NCBI GenBank assembly: GCA_021613535.1
Contig: CP075497.1
Coordinates: 868,001-932,000, forward strand
Length of the DNA stretch: 64,000 nt
Reading direction: 5' to 3'
Source of the DNA: Adineta vaga
Taxonomy: Eukaryota > Animalia > Rotifera
Below the pieces are notes generated by a model. The model was not told where the DNA came from. It saw only the letters and a program-made list of their open reading frames with translations, and searched no databases. Both the position numbers and the translations under genes were made by a program. This document shows positions 1-14,750 of this stretch, piece after piece. Positions within the stretch are counted from its first letter, which is position 1, and each line of letters starts with the position of its first letter.

Positions 1-3000
1 CAATTTCTTTCCAATGAACTTCTCAATAATCAATCATTTCAAACTCAATTTAATTCCATTTTTGATGAATTTAAACAAACAATTCAAGAATCATTTCAAC
101 GAGTTTTACAAACAATAAAGTTCAATTTTGAGATCAATCAATTTAGTACAGAATTAAATTCAAGATTTGGCTATTCCTCAATGGCTCATACTATAGGACA
201 GCTTTATATTTTACCTCTTTCACGAAAGATATTATCAACATCTGATTCTAATATTCCAAACAATATAGGATTACACGCAGAATCTTGTTCAGTTAAAGAT
301 CTTCATCAATCATGTTACGAAAAAGTCGTATTAAGATTAAATGAAACAAAAAGTATAACTATTCCTGGATTGTTTCTTCATTGGTCTCCTTATCAATCGA
401 TTTTAATGTCATCATTTGAATGTTTTTATAATCAAACATGTTTTTCTTCAATTGTCTCTGAAATTCATTCGACAAAACATTTTTCGATACTTAAGTCTTC
501 AAAATATGAAAATGAAACAATTGAATCATTATCAAATCAATTATTTCTTCAAACATGGTCGAATGAAATCTTATATAAATCATATTTTAATCAATGTCAA
601 CCATTCAAATGTCAATATAGTTATGAAACGAGATTACATTTTCTTTATATTTTTACAACATTTCTCGGGCTTGTTGGTGGTTTAAATATTGTTTTTCATC
701 TTTTGTCATTCTTAATTGTCAAATCAATTTCTAAACTTCATCATTATATTTGTCAATATCAACGAAATCAAGAAGAACAATCGATATTTGTAAGTCATCT
801 TCAGAATTTTTTCGTATTTTTAAAAGAAACTCTGATTCATTTGAATTTATTTAATACAATTCCATTATCAAATGATGAAAAAATTCTTCGAAGAAATCGT
901 CGAAAAACTCGAATTTATTTTCTTCTATTAATAACAATATTTCCTATCGTTATATTTTATATAATATTAAAAAAAGAAACAACTACAATCATTGTAAAAA
1001 ATCCGACAATAATTCAATATAAAGAATTCTCAAGTAAATATTCAACAACATTACAATGTCCTTGTACACATATTTCAATAAAACATCAAACAATAATTAC
1101 TCAATTCCCACCGGAATATCATGAAATTTGTTCAAGTACTTATCTATCATTCAAATGGTTAAAAGCATTGCATTTTGCTGAGATTAATGTTCGAATTAAC
1201 AAAGATTTACATTCATATATAACGAATACTTTCAATGGAATATCAGAATTATGTAAACTTTCGAAAAGCATGTTAAATGTCGCATTATCAAATTTTGAAA
1301 AAACAAATTTTATCACATCAGATGTTTTATTTCCTGATGATTTTCATAGTCGAATACAACGAATTCTTGGAGAATTTAAAAGAAGAATATCTTATGAATT
1401 TTCAGAAACATTTCGAATTATTCAAAGAATAAATATTGCAAATCAATTAGCTACAATTGACCAAATCAGTTGGCACTTTATTTCAAAATACAATGTTTCT
1501 TCCGAAACGATTCGTAAATTCGTTTTTATGAATATCTTAACAATACCAAAACGATATGATTCAGTGAATTGTTCATGTGGTTTACAATCGACTTGTTTAC
1601 ATTTAGATCATTTTCATTTCGTAGAATTTTTCCCTGAAATATCATCATTACCTCCTGGATTTTACAAGGCATGTCAACTAACAGATACGATTTTTCATTT
1701 TAATTTAAATTGTTTCTATGATTCAAAATGTGTCAATTTCTTATCATCATATTTTCTACCTTCTCATTCAAAACCACTCGAAGTTTTTACTTCGAATTCA
1801 TTTTCATTACCGAATATAACAATTGAACAACTTGTCAAGAAATTATTTGTTATCAAATGGATTGAACAAATATCATTTGAGAAATATTTCCATGAATGTC
1901 AACCTTCAATATGTCAATATACACATACTATTCGATATAATAATCTCTATATACTTACACTATTACTTGCATTATTTGGTGGATTATCAAAAGGAATGCA
2001 TTTTTTTGTTGAATATTTATCAATTATAATTTATAAAATTATTGATTATCGAAAAAAAAAGGTTAACATTGTACCGAACTCAATTCAATCTGATATAATA
2101 GAAGTTACTCCAGAATCTTCCATAGCAATCGATCAAGTAGATAATTCCTTTGAATCAAATGAAAATTCAAACAAAGATGAAAGAATCAGAAAAGAAATTT
2201 GTCGTCATCGAATCTTCTTGATTTGTTTAATTTTATTATGTTTAATTATTCTTATAGTAAGTATAATAAGTTTATTTCTTACACAAAATAAAGAACAATC
2301 AATATCGGTAACAATAATTGATATTACTACAACAACAACAACAAGAGATACAATAATACAATCAACAATTCCAAGTAGATATTGAAATATACGAAGAAAT
2401 AATTTCTTTCAAACATTTTTCTTTTAGAAATTTGTTATAAGACATTCAAATATCAAAGTGAAATTTATTCAACTGGACAGAATCCTGTAGAATTAGTTAC
2501 TGGTGATTTTAATTCTGATTCATACGTGGATTTGGCTGTAACTAATGCTGATTCGGATTCCATTAGTATTTTATTAGGAAATGGAGATGGAACATTTCAA
2601 AAACAACGAATTTTTCCACAAAGAAATGGATCTAATCCACAAAAACTGGCAGTTGGTGATTTAAACGATGATGGATTATTGGATTTGGGTAAGTTCAAAT
2701 TCGTATCAAATTATCAGAATATGATGTCGATCTTTCTTTAGCTGTGACATTAAATGGAACTGACGAAATAATCATATTTTTTGGTAAGACAACAGACGAT
2801 CTATTCGAGATACCGAGATATAATATAACCTATGGTTATCCTCATACAAATGTTAGTTCAATTGAAATATTTGATTGGAATCATGATGGATTTAATGATT
2901 TAATAATTAGTTATTATTCAAATACAAAATCTCAAAAAAAATTCAATCTTTTGTTAAATATTGGTGATGGATATCATTTTGTAGAATTTGGTACTGTAGT

Positions 3001-3764
3001 TACCGAACATCTTTACAAGACTACTGAAGTGGTAGGATTTACTGTACTCTCTATCAATCAAGGATACGAAAACGAAAAGATTATATTATGGACACCAACT
3101 CATGACTTCATGACTTTGCTCTACCTGAAAATAGATAATGATTGGAAAGCAAAGTACGATGGGAGAGCTCCTGATGAAATGCCTCAAATTCCTTCAAAAG
3201 TCATCCAGGGTAAATTTAGCTACGATGAACAGAATGATTTAGCTGTGATTTCGTCAAACGAAAGTCTATTGTCGGTTATTTGGATGATTGAAAAAATTGG
3301 GTAAGATGCAAACAGCTTGAAATTCATGACAACCGTTTGTAACTTTTGAAGGTGATATTTGTAATCACCATCGAAAATTATATTAGATAATGCAGAAAAA
3401 GTTTTATCTGAAAGTGAAGTTGTCTGCATATTCTTCTTTATCTTGTAGTCACTCCTTGCATTTCACGTTTTTGACAAGATGGTATCCAACATCTCTCGTT
3501 CTACTCGATTTCAATGATGATGAAATAGATGATATAGCCGTACTACATTGTGATAGATCGATAATTGTCTTTCTTTCAACAGAACATGGACTTCATGATC
3601 GGAATTATTTGTCTTTTCAACTCAATGTTGATAGTAAAAATACAATATGTGCGAAATCATTGAAAAGTGTCGATTTAAATCAAGATGATGAAAATGATTT
3701 GATTTTTCTTGACGCAGAATTTGATACTGTTCGAGTTCTTTTAAATTCTGTTTGTGACAATTAA
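1..3764 (+). CDS. 5'-partial multi-TM repeat protein (bdelloid-type, Cys-rich loops) with C-terminal FG-GAP/VCBS repeats; exons <1-2374, 2428-2688, 2742-3300, 3449-3764
   Basis: Frame is open from base 1. Repeated YFxxCQPxxCxY / TLQCPC / GLxGGL-TM modules. GT-AG introns 2375-2427, 2689-2741 and 3301-3448 join the ORFs in phase. GDFNSDSYVDLAV, GDLNDDGLLDL and DFNDDEIDDIAV are FG-GAP motifs. Confidence 0.8.
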
Positions 3765-3862
3765 ATTACAATTTTGCTTTACTTTTTCTGCTTAAAATTT
3801 TTCAAACTTTGTTGTGAATGTGAAAATCCTTCAACAATATTACGGAATAGATTAAAATAATA

Positions 3863-3920
3863 ATCTTGAGGGTGTGGGTGAGGTTACACAAAAGTGTTAA
3901 AACTACACTCGCACATTCCC
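3863..3920. repeat. telomeric-repeat hairpin element (right arm degenerate)
   Basis: ATCTTGAGGGTGTGGGTGAGG...ACACTCGCACATTCCC, ~100 bp after the stop at 3764. Confidence 0.75.
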
Positions 3921-4033
3921 ATTCGATTTTTATCGAATCCATAAATGAATTTGAGTAGGATTCCATTCATTTCTTATCACTATACTAGTTGGATCAAGAA
4001 AATCTCATAAAAACAAAACAACTTCATCTTCCT

Positions 4034-5485
4034 CTACTGTGAGAGGTCAGTTTTAAATACTTGATATGTATCATTGACAATCTGAACATTTAATGCACAT
4101 AAGTTTGGCATGGAATAAACTAAATCAACTACATCCATTGTATTTTCAACATAGATTCGAAGCAATGCACATTGTTTACCAAATGAAGTTTTGGATAATC
4201 TGCACGCGCTGTTGGCTATTGAACCAATATTCGGGCTTACTATCAGTATATTCTTGCACATCAAGCTGACGTATATAAGAACTGAAAGTATTGAGCAATA
4301 TATTTTCCAGAACGTTCATATTTCCACAAGTAATTTTCAATTCATACAGGCACGGTGCACGATCGAACAGCATTTGTAATTGTTTTTGTATTTCAACATT
4401 GTTATTACGAATAAAAACATTCAGTAATTTCAAATGATCAAGTATAGGCAGAGCAGAGTATAGTATGTTGTGTGTTGGAAGTGTAAGAGAAAGATAACGT
4501 ATATTCTAAAAATGAATTCAATCTAGCATCGAACATGGAATTAATGAATCGCAGTAATATTGTAATTGATGCACATGAGTATATGACCAGTAATCAGTTT
4601 CATTAGGAGACGTTGATTTAGATCTAATTTCAGGATGTAAAATGTCGTATCGATTGAAACTATATGGTAAAGTATAGAGACAGAGGTAAGGCGACAATTG
4701 ATCCATAATCCATTCACATCGTACAAACCAATGATGTTCTCTTAACCAAAAGGGACTACTAAAAGATTGAATCAGTAATGCATGAACTTCATTATCTTTC
4801 ATACTAGACATCCAACATTGATGTTTCATTTTGAGTTGAAAAGTCTCAAGTTTTGGCAAACGGTCAACAATGATCTTTTCCCATTGACATCCATTCATAG
4901 GAATGGAAAATGTAAGTCTCGCATACTGATTACAATCAACACGAAGTCTCTGCCACAACCAATTTTTTACATTCCCTAAGTACGTATCGATGGATAAATA
5001 TTTAAGATGAGGCATATTTGTCATTAATTGTATTAATGTACTGGAAAGAATATTCACTGATTGTATGATCAGATGTTTAAGATATGGAGATGTAACCGTA
5101 GATCTTTGAAAAGATGTTCTTGCAGGAAAACTCATGTCAATATGACAAGGAATTAATTTCTGTTAGTGTATTGCAAGATAAAATGCGATCAAATGAAAGC
5201 GATCGCAAGTTAGAGAAAATATTCGATTGGATCTGGCGTTTCATTGTCGTTTGAGAAATAGATAGATGCAATTCGAGCAGGAATTACAGATACATGCTGT
5301 ACAAGAATATTTGAAACAATTTTCTTTGACGCTGATCGAAAATCGAGATGACAATGACGACCTGATGAGAAAAATAACGAATTAAATCGATAATTGAGAC
5401 CATACAAAGTATGAAAAAGACGAACATAATCCAGGAATTCGAATAGATATAATAATATTTCATTGGATAACAATTCCAAACTCAT
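4034..5485 (-). pseudogene. F-box/LRR-like protein, frameshifted
   Basis: MSLELLSNEILLYLFEFL (F-box) starts at ATG 5485. FWLREHHWFVRC and LYTLPYSF motifs are typical of this expanded family. Split over four ORFs in different frames. Confidence 0.7.
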
Positions 5486-5517
5486 AATTTGTTCCTTTTT
5501 GGTCAGAACTTCTGACC

Positions 5518-5563
5518 ATCTTGAGGGCGTGGGTGTATCTCTTCTTCTCTCACCCACTCTCAA
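5518..5563. repeat. telomeric-repeat hairpin element
   Basis: ATCTTGAGGGCGTGGGTG-TATCTCTTCTTCTCT-CACCCACTCTCAA. Confidence 0.9.
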
Positions 5564-6314
5564 AACTACGTGCAATCAGTTTCCACCGTTGCAAAAGTAG
5601 ATCGCACAGAATTTTGCTTTTTTTTTAAATAAAAAGTACACAATTCTAATAAACTGCTCTTTGTAAATTGTAGATCTTTTCACACTGCATCTGGTGATAT
5701 ATTTCTTGTTTAATAAAAATATACCAGATAAAAAAATAAAATACAAAATGTACTATTCATTATACCCCAATCATAACTTAAATTCGACACAACAATAGTC
5801 CTTATCGAAACTTTATTAATATGATATTGGTTGAACTATTATCAAAGAGCATAGAAAAATAGAGCTTTGTTTTCTCTATCACCTCATACAAAAAGAAAAT
5901 TTCTTCAAGCCTTCTAGAAGAAAATAATGTATCTTCGACATTACTTTTGGATACCCCTAAGTATTACATTACAATAACTAATATTAAAAACAAAATGTCT
6001 TTTTCTTGCTTTTCTTTCTTTAGTTAATCTTCATTATAATAGTATGCGTTAAAAAATACTTATAATTCAATACAATATTGATATGTAAAATTGTTAAGAA
6101 AAAAGTCTTTTTTTCATCGATTTGCCTGGATTTATATTCATTTCAGTATAATTAATGATAATGAAAAGATTAAGGAACAAACGCTTTTCTTTGTTAAGTC
6201 AATGCAAAAGAAAAGATAAATATTTATTTCTATGACAAAATAATTTTATTAACAGAATGAATAGTGAAAAAAATGTTGTATTCTTTTGCCATAAAAGATT
6301 TTAATAATAATATA

Positions 6315-9300
6315 ATGCATCGATTTAGAACATTTATGTTAATATGTTTATTCTGGAATATATCGAATGGGAATTATCGAATATATGAAACAAAATCTAA
6401 ATCTGATTGGTCTGTTTCTGATTGTTTATATTATTTCTTAATAGATGGTGAAAATTTACCTCGATTAAAAATGGATATACATATTGAGAATATTCCATTT
6501 TGTCGACAATCATCAATAAAAAATGATCATAATCATTTATCTATCAATAATGTACAATGGACTTTTAATCAACTTCGTCAAATGAATATAACATATGAAC
6601 AATTATTTAATTGGTATGTTCCATTAGATATCATCGAAGAATATATCTCAGAACAATCAAATGAAATTTTTGTTAATTGTTCAAATAGAAATAATTATTA
6701 TTGGTTCGGAAATCGTTGTCAATATACATTTGATTCAAATCAACCATTAGAAGAAATTTTATGGGATCGATTTGATGCAAAATATTATATAAACCATGAT
6801 ATATTATCAATTACAAATGGAACATGTTATGTAATACCTAATGATCAATGTCAATCGATTATATGTTTAGATTGGAGAGAAATTTGTGATGGTAAATTCA
6901 GATGAAATTACTTTTTTCATTTATAAGTTAATAATCTATTTTGACTAATATCTTAGATTAGATTTTATTCTCAAATTTATCTCATTATACATATAGTTTT
7001 TGAAGATCATATATGAGAATATTGACTTCTGCAACACATCATCATTATTTCACTGATTTTTTGACTTCATCACTGATTTGAAAGGATAGAAATACTTGAT
7101 ATAATAATAAGATTCTTTCGATAAAATCTATAATTCTGTCTATCTTCGAACAAATTCATGTTTTTAAGGAAGAAAAATCTCGTTTTTCTATATTTATTTT
7201 CTTGACTGATTTTTTTAGGAAAGATTGATTGTCAAAATGGATTCGATGAATATTATTGTCATTTACTTGAAATGAACGAATGTGATGAAAGAAATGAATT
7301 TCGTTGTTTAAATGGTCAATGTATTGATAAAACATTCTTTCAAGATCAATATTCTGATTGTATGGATCATTCGGATGAAAAATTTCAAAAATTCGACGAA
7401 TGTCCTTATAAATTTCGTAGTTTTTGTGAAGACCATTCATGTCCAAATTTGTGGTTTTCTTGTGGTGATGGATTTTGTTATGATGGACTAGTGAAAATAA
7501 ATGAAACATTTTGTATATCACAAAGAGATTATTTTTATTTTCAACAAATGTCATCATTATCTACATTAATTTTATTTTCTCATATTCATATTATTTATAA
7601 TAATATTCAACAACCAGAAATGATTTGTTATAATCAATCATTATGTCCATATTTATCTAATGAAAATCATTTCAGACTCATAACAACAACAACAACAACA
7701 ACAACATTAAATGGTTTAACTTGTCAATTATTCGATAATAAACAAATAATAAATATTAAACAGTTTATTCAATCATGCTCATTATTACCTTCAATAAATG
7801 AATGTTCATTATTTCGATGTAATGATGGAAGTAAATGTTTTTCTAAACATCGTTTATCTGATAGTTATCAAGATTGTTCAAATAATGAAGATGAAAATCA
7901 AAATAATACTTGTTTACTAAATTATCCTTTTCGACTTCAATGTGATCAAGGAACACGATGTATTCATCCTAGTGCAATAGGCAATAAAATGGTTCGTATT
8001 TGTTCGATAAAAATATTCTTTGATAATTGATTCATGAAATCATTGTAGATAGATTGTAATGATGGAAATGATGAAAAATATTCAAATAATTATTTATGTA
8101 ATTCATTCTATCATGAAACATGTCGTCATTTTCGAGGTGAATCTCGTCGATTTAATGTTACTTTTGAACAACTTTGTAATGGTTTTACTGAAATTTATCC
8201 TGATTTAGAAGGAAATACAGATGAAACAGATTGTCATAGTGACGAATGGAATTGTTTGACTTTTTATACAAAATGTGATCATATTTGGAATTGTCCAAAT
8301 GGAGAAGATGAATTAGGTTGTGGAAAACCAAATTTAGCTTCGCGTCATTGTAATAAAACGACACATTTTTGTTTGAATATTCAAGATGGTTTACCAATAT
8401 GTTTACCTTTAAATAAAGCCAATAATGGTATTATTGATTGTCTTGGTTCAATAGATGAACGATCATTTTGTCGATTAAAATATCCATATAATCATGTTCT
8501 TCGATATCGATGTTTAAATTCTGATATTTGTATTTCACCATTTCAGATATGTGATTGTCATCAAGATTGTCCTTTAAATGATGATGAAACAATCTCATGT
8601 CGATGGATGAATAATGGTCAACCATCATTGTGTAAGAAAAATCATTTTCGATGTAGAAATGGAATAGTACTAAATCAAACGCGAAAAAATTATCGATGTG
8701 ATGGAGAAAATTTTCATTGTTCAGATGGAGAAGATGAAGTTTTTTGTGATTTAATTGAATATTTTTTGAATAGTCAAATTCATTTGATAGATATGGAAAA
8801 TTATCCATTACAAAAACAAGTTAAACAACAAAGATCAAATATAAATCCTTTGATTATATTATATTGTAATCGTGGTTTATATGTTCGTTCGTTAGAAAGT
8901 ATTTCTGGATTTATTTGTTTATGTTCAATTTTTTATTATGGTGATCGATGTCAATATCAACGTAAACGAATAACATTAATATTTCAAGTTAAAATCATCG
9001 GTTCGTTTAATAAAAATTTTCCTACAATGAAATTTGTTATTTTATTAATACGTGAAAATCAACAACGAATTATTTTATCTCATGAACAATTTCTTTATTC
9101 TCCATTAGAATTTTGTTCACCAAAATATATTACACATTTAGTTTATCCAATCAATGATATTTTATCTTTAAATATCAATGATTCCATTCAAATCTATATG
9201 TTTACTAGTACAACTTTAGAACATCGTTCAACATGGATTGTGAAAATTCCATTTCATTTTTTACCTGTTCAACGAATAACTAAACGATTAATTATTTCTA

Positions 9301-11213
9301 ATACATATATTCTGGAAAATCCTTTAGAAAAAATACTTAATCCAATAAATTCAAGTTTATGTTCAAAAGATTCAATTTATCTTGGTTATGATTTAAATCT
9401 TAATCGAGATATATGTTTATGTCCTTTAAATCGTATTGGTTCTCGTTGTTTAATTCCATTTAATCCATGTCAAATATCAAGTTGTAATAATCATGGACAA
9501 TGTTTTCCCGGGGATCAACGTACTCATTCTTATTTACAATTTCGATGTGTTTGTGATCTTCAATGGTTTGGAAAAGAATGTGAAAAAGAAAAATTTCGTC
9601 TTCATATTTTCTTTGCTAATTATGAAATGATTTCAACATCCAGTGCTGTACTTGTTCATTTAATTGTTCTACAAAATTTTCGTGAAGAAACATATTTAAC
9701 ATCATTTAATCGTTTAGATGAGAAAACATTAAATTTAACATTTTATTTTGAATATATATTTGATAATTATGAATCACATGGTTTAATTTCTTTCATTCAA
9801 TTATTTCAAGATCTTCATCATATTGGATATTATTTAGTAAATTTCGTTACACAAATTAATCAATCATTTAATAAACTACATAATAATATTGATTACTCGA
9901 ATAAATGTCAATCTATTAATCAATTACTTAATAAAACAATTCTGTCTCAATCTTATTTACGTCGTGTTAAATATTATCAACAGATATGTCTTCGATATCA
10001 ATTAATCGAAAAATTTCAATGTTTTTATGATGAACAATTGATGTGTTTATGTGATAAAACAAATCATGCATATTGTTTTAATTTAAATTCTACATATAAT
10101 CAATGTCCATGGAATAAATGTAGTGAAAGAGGACTTTGTATCACAGATCAAGAATTATGTCCAACAAATTCATTTTGTCTTTGTGATTCATGTACTTATG
10201 GATCAATTTGTCAATTTTCCAGTAAAGATTATAGTTTTTCATTGGATAAAATTATTGGATCACATATTAAACCAATGATTAGAAATTTATATTCTCAATC
10301 AACAATTATTAAAATAACATTTATCATTATAATTATTTTAGTTTTTATTGGAATAATTTTTAATATATTATCTATGGGAACATTTGCTATACAAAGTACA
10401 CAAGAAGTTGGATGTGCTTTTTATTTATTTACAGCATCATGTATTGGTTTTCTAACAATTATTCTCTTAATGTGTAAAATCATTTTATTAATATTTCATA
10501 AACAGAATGATTTAAGTTGTTCATTGATTGAATATTTATTAAAATGGTTTTTAACAAGTTGCGAATGGCTTAATGCATGTGTAGCCATGGAACGATGTTC
10601 TGCAGTACTTTATAAACATACTTTTTCTCGTTCAAAAAGTAAATATATTTCGAAATTGTTAATTCCAAGTGTAGTTATTGTTATTGGTTTAATATCTTTA
10701 CCAGAAATATTATTTCGTCAAATGATTATTGATGAAGAAGAACAACGAAAATGGTGTGTTTTTACTCTGAATAATAATCGACCAACGATTTTTAAATTTT
10801 ATATTATCTTAAATCTATTTCTTTTCTTTTTACCAATAATAATTAATTTATCGACTAGTGTTATAATTATTCGAGAAACTTTTCGATTAAAACAAAGAAC
10901 TATCCCGAATTTTAATCGAAATAAAAATCAAGTTAATCGATGGAATATACGACTTGGTTTATTTAAACAAGAAATTCTTAAACAAAAACATATTCTTTTA
11001 GGCCCTCTTTTACTTGCCATTTTTTCATTTCCTCGAATTTTATTTCTTTTTTTATTTGTCTGTACAAAATTTGATCAACGACCATTTCTTAGTTTATTTG
11101 CTTATTTAATTGGATTTATTCCATCAATGTCAATTTTATTTTTATTTATTTTACCTTCATCACTTTATCGATCGGCTTTACGTTTATTTATAAAACGAAT
11201 TTTTTGCAATTAG
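6315..11213 (+). CDS. LDL-receptor class A / EGF repeat-containing rhodopsin-like GPCR; exons 6315-6891, 7219-7991, 8049-11213
   Basis: Signal peptide; CLDWREICDG|KIDC joined across intron 6892-7218; intron 7992-8048 in phase; many LDLa (DCxxxxDE) and EGF motifs; 7 TM helices with CVAMER. Confidence 0.88.
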
Positions 11214-11301
11214 ATTTAAAATCAAGTGACTATCCATACTTATTCTACTTCTCATTCTATCAATATAATTTTAAAGATAATAAAATAAACTCCTATGTTT
11301 T

Positions 11302-11362
11302 ATCTTGAGGGTGCGGGTGCGGGTGTGGGTGTGGATGAAGAAGATATACCCACACCCTCAAA
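11302..11362. repeat. telomeric-repeat hairpin element
   Basis: ATCTTGAGGGTGCGGGTGCGGGTGTGGGTGTGG-ATGAAGAAGATATA-CCCACACCCTCAA. Confidence 0.9.
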
Positions 11363-11801
11363 ATTTGCATTTATATCGCTCTTGATCAATCATGTATATG
11401 AACAACTCTTTCGTTTATTCTCATGTTCCACAATAAGAACTTAACAAGAAAAAAAACACGGTATAAAATTCAATATTTTATATATTTTTTCGACTTCGTC
11501 ATTCATTCGGGTGAAGTGAGGGTGAGTAAGGATGATGACACAGAGTTGGCGGATCGGTTTGGGCTCGAACGGGGAAAAGTACATACTATTAGGAGCAATG
11601 GGCCATTGCGAGAACTGTTTGTTACATACAGGTAATCAAAGAAAAACTACAAAGACCGATAAACAAACATGTTTAAGGACAAAAATAGACGCAGTTTGAC
11701 AGAGTGAGAAATCATGAAAAAGAATCAAACTAATATTCAAGTTAATCAGTACTTCAGAAATATTCTACTAAATTCTGTTAATAAATTGGCAACATTGCTA
11801 A

Positions 11802-13808
11802 TTATTTATATGTGAATTTTGTTGGTAACTGTAGACGAAAGTTATCGAACTGTACATAGTTCCAAGATGTTCCAATGGCAATCGATCCTCGAGAAGTAGA
11901 TACATTCAGCGAACAGCGACCGATTAAATTACCATTAATATATGCTTCCGAATGGTCAGACAAGACATTCAAAGTTATAGTATACCAAGTACCAGACGTA
12001 AGGGATAGACTACCCTTACTAACGGGATTAAGAATAGCCGTGTTATTTGTCAGTTGCCATGTTCCGTTGTTTGTCGTGCTAATACTAAATACAATACCAG
12101 GACTTCCAATTCCACCAGACTCGCAACTTCCTCGTGTAACGCCAACAGCGACAAATGCAGTTCCAATGCTCTCAATCATTACATCTGCACTAACGTTGAA
12201 AGGTTGCTGCCAATTGGGATCACCAATAATGGAATATGGATATGGTGTCTCGGCACACCAGCTTATAGGTATTTCCGTGACCATCTGTCTCATAACTTTA
12301 CCTCGACTACTAGATGTATCGACGATCTCCCATGATCCCGATTGATCAGAAAAGTACGCAGCTTCACTGCTTATTGAATATTGATCAAAGTTATCCTCGT
12401 ATGGCACTGGAAATGGCTTGGAAGGTGGTGATGCTTTGTGCGCGCCTTTTGTGCCATTGATTGTTGATAATGTGTAAAATACTTCGACCGGTAATCGAAG
12501 AGTAAATGACCCATTTTTTAGTGCAATGGTTCCATTGTAGATGAACGCTTGATTAACATCGATTGTACTGAGGTTACTGAAAAATACAAACAGTTGGGTT
12601 ATATGAACAAAGGAGCTGTCGAGTTGAAAGGTTGCTGTTTGATCACTTGTTTCATAGCCTATTGAACCAGAAAATCGACATTGTGAGTTGTCTCGTATCA
12701 TCGTTTCAATGATAATCGTTAGCTGCTGACCAGTGGAATCAGTTAGTGCTACGTAACTTCCACCATTATCCAATAAACCAACACCCGCTCCATGTTGTAG
12801 AAAAAACCATCCTGGTTTGGTGAACTGTGTCCAATGAGCAGCTGCCCAAATGACTTGTCCAACCTGATAAAATCCTGACCATGGCTCAACAGCACGTAGC
12901 ATACCAGCACCAGGATATGCTAGATTGTCATAAAATGAATTAATTAAATCCCAAGCAATTGTTGCAGTTAAATTAGCACGAACGTAATTTTGGTTGAGTT
13001 CTCTCGCCCAACATCTAGCGCCAGTATCCCAACTAACCGCCATATCTTCACTTGACCATTGAGTTTTATTCAGAGCGGCACAGTTTGCCGCTATTCCCGC
13101 AGCAGGATAGTGTGCACCGATGATATCAATGGCAGCTGTCCATTCTGCATCATTAGATAAATCGTTACAAACATTCCAATCTGTCCCATCATGAGCGACA
13201 ATTTTAATTTTTAGTCCGGCTGTAATAATAGCAGCTCTAAGTGCTAGTGTGTAAGCTTTGTTCCATGATCGTTCATTCCAGATTCCAATATAATCAATAT
13301 CAAGGTTATAATATTTCTTGGCGCCCAATATCCATTTCATTGTGTATTCAACTGTGCTATTAGTCCATGGAAGTCTAGTTCCTTCTCCTAACCAATTAGG
13401 AAATCCCCAACTTAGAGCATAGAGAGTGATGTTTGGATTACGTTTTTTCGCTTCTACCATCGTCTTCCATTCATAGCCACGTTGATAGTTTTCATCGTCA
13501 GCCGAATGCATATGCGATGGCTCTGTTCCCTCGGTCGATTGTACATCACCACCGATTTCAACTTTGAGCATGTGTAACGAAGCACCAAAACCAGGTAAGA
13601 AGAAATAGTCCATTATTTGATTGTACCAACCATTATCATAATCTGCAAGCAAACGTGTAACGCATCCGCCACCACTCAATCCACCGATTCCATCAAACCG
13701 TCGACTTACGCCTTGTGCCTTACTAACTGCATATGTAAAATCCACAGCAGATGTCGAGAAAAATGTGAGGAGAGCACTGATGAAAAGAATAATGTTTATT
13801 CGTATCAT
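11802..13808 (-). CDS. GALC: galactocerebrosidase-like glycoside hydrolase, family GH59, secreted, intronless
   Basis: FDGIGGLSGGG, LKVEIGGDVQSTEGTEPSHMH, NYQRGYEW, IGIWNER (acid/base), WSSED (nucleophile); signal peptide. Confidence 0.9.
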   Translation of the reverse strand: MIRINIILFISALLTFFSTSAVDFTYAVSKAQGVSRRFDGIGGLSGGGCVTRLLADYDNGWYNQIMDYFFLPGFGASLHMLKVEIGGDVQSTEGTEPSHMHSADDENYQRGYEWKTMVEAKKRNPNITLYALSWGFPNWLGEGTRLPWTNSTVEYTMKWILGAKKYYNLDIDYIGIWNERSWNKAYTLALRAAIITAGLKIKIVAHDGTDWNVCNDLSNDAEWTAAIDIIGAHYPAAGIAANCAALNKTQWSSEDMAVSWDTGARCWARELNQNYVRANLTATIAWDLINSFYDNLAYPGAGMLRAVEPWSGFYQVGQVIWAAAHWTQFTKPGWFFLQHGAGVGLLDNGGSYVALTDSTGQQLTIIIETMIRDNSQCRFSGSIGYETSDQTATFQLDSSFVHITQLFVFFSNLSTIDVNQAFIYNGTIALKNGSFTLRLPVEVFYTLSTINGTKGAHKASPPSKPFPVPYEDNFDQYSISSEAAYFSDQSGSWEIVDTSSSRGKVMRQMVTEIPISWCAETPYPYSIIGDPNWQQPFNVSADVMIESIGTAFVAVGVTRGSCESGGIGSPGIVFSISTTNNGTWQLTNNTAILNPVSKGSLSLTSGTWYTITLNVLSDHSEAYINGNLIGRCSLNVSTSRGSIAIGTSWNYVQFDNFRLQLPTKFTYK

Positions 13809-14750
13809 CAAAAAGCTCGATGTTTGTGAAAATTTACGAAATATCTGGAATCAAATGAAATTTTATATGAATATGATAAAATGGTTTGCTAGCAGTTTAA
13901 TGATAATATTCTATCAACTGACTTTACTTAGGCGTAAAAGATTCTCTATCTAACGACATGATCATCACTAAGACAAAGGCTTACCGCACTTTCTACAAAA
14001 TATCTAATTATCAATTCTGAATGAAGTAGAATTTTATTATTTAAATGCATTTTTATGTTCACACTAGCAGCAATAAGCTATGTTGTCTGACAAATTTTCT
14101 ATTGCATTCTAAACATATTAGGAAGAACTTAAGTCAAAAACAAATTGTTGATCACAAGATGCTGACGCGGGAGACACCGTATCTGAGCAGGGAATGCGGT
14201 ATTTTCTCATCGCATCTCCAGCATCCTCAATTTTTTAGATATGTAACAATGCTGAGAAAATACTAGTACTTTATAGTTTTGGAACTCATAATTTGGCTTA
14301 TAGAAAATCTAACTGTACCATCGAATAGATTTTATTGAGTTATGCCTGGAATGACTGTTGGAACAGTGGAAACATGCTCTTGATATTGTTCGCGCATCGA
14401 AAATCCTTTTCCGGTAGTATAAAGAATACTGTTAGTAAAGACGAAATTAAAACACCTAATGTGACAGAGGTCTTCAGATAATAGTGTCCTCGTCAAATGT
14501 GAGTACCTGACTGTAATGGTAATATATTTGTAGAAGGGAGAACAGAAATAAAAACTTTATCTTAAAATTTGCACTACCACTTTATATGTGAATCTCAAAA
14601 GAGAAAAAAAAGAAATACACATCATTTTATACCCAAAGATATATTTCGACTCACAAGAGTATATTTACTTTTATCTTGATAAAAGAGAACCTAATAAATT
14701 TCAACTCTGTATTATAGAACTCGAGTTTTTCTCTTTTTGTTACTAGATTT

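Noticed and set aside
11875-12345. 156-aa plus-strand ORF and similar overlapping short ORFs
   Set aside because: Antisense or alternative-frame shadows of longer well-supported CDSs.
11802-13808. GH59 as a horizontal acquisition because it is intronless
   Set aside because: GALC-type GH59 is present in metazoans; origin cannot be judged without a phylogeny.
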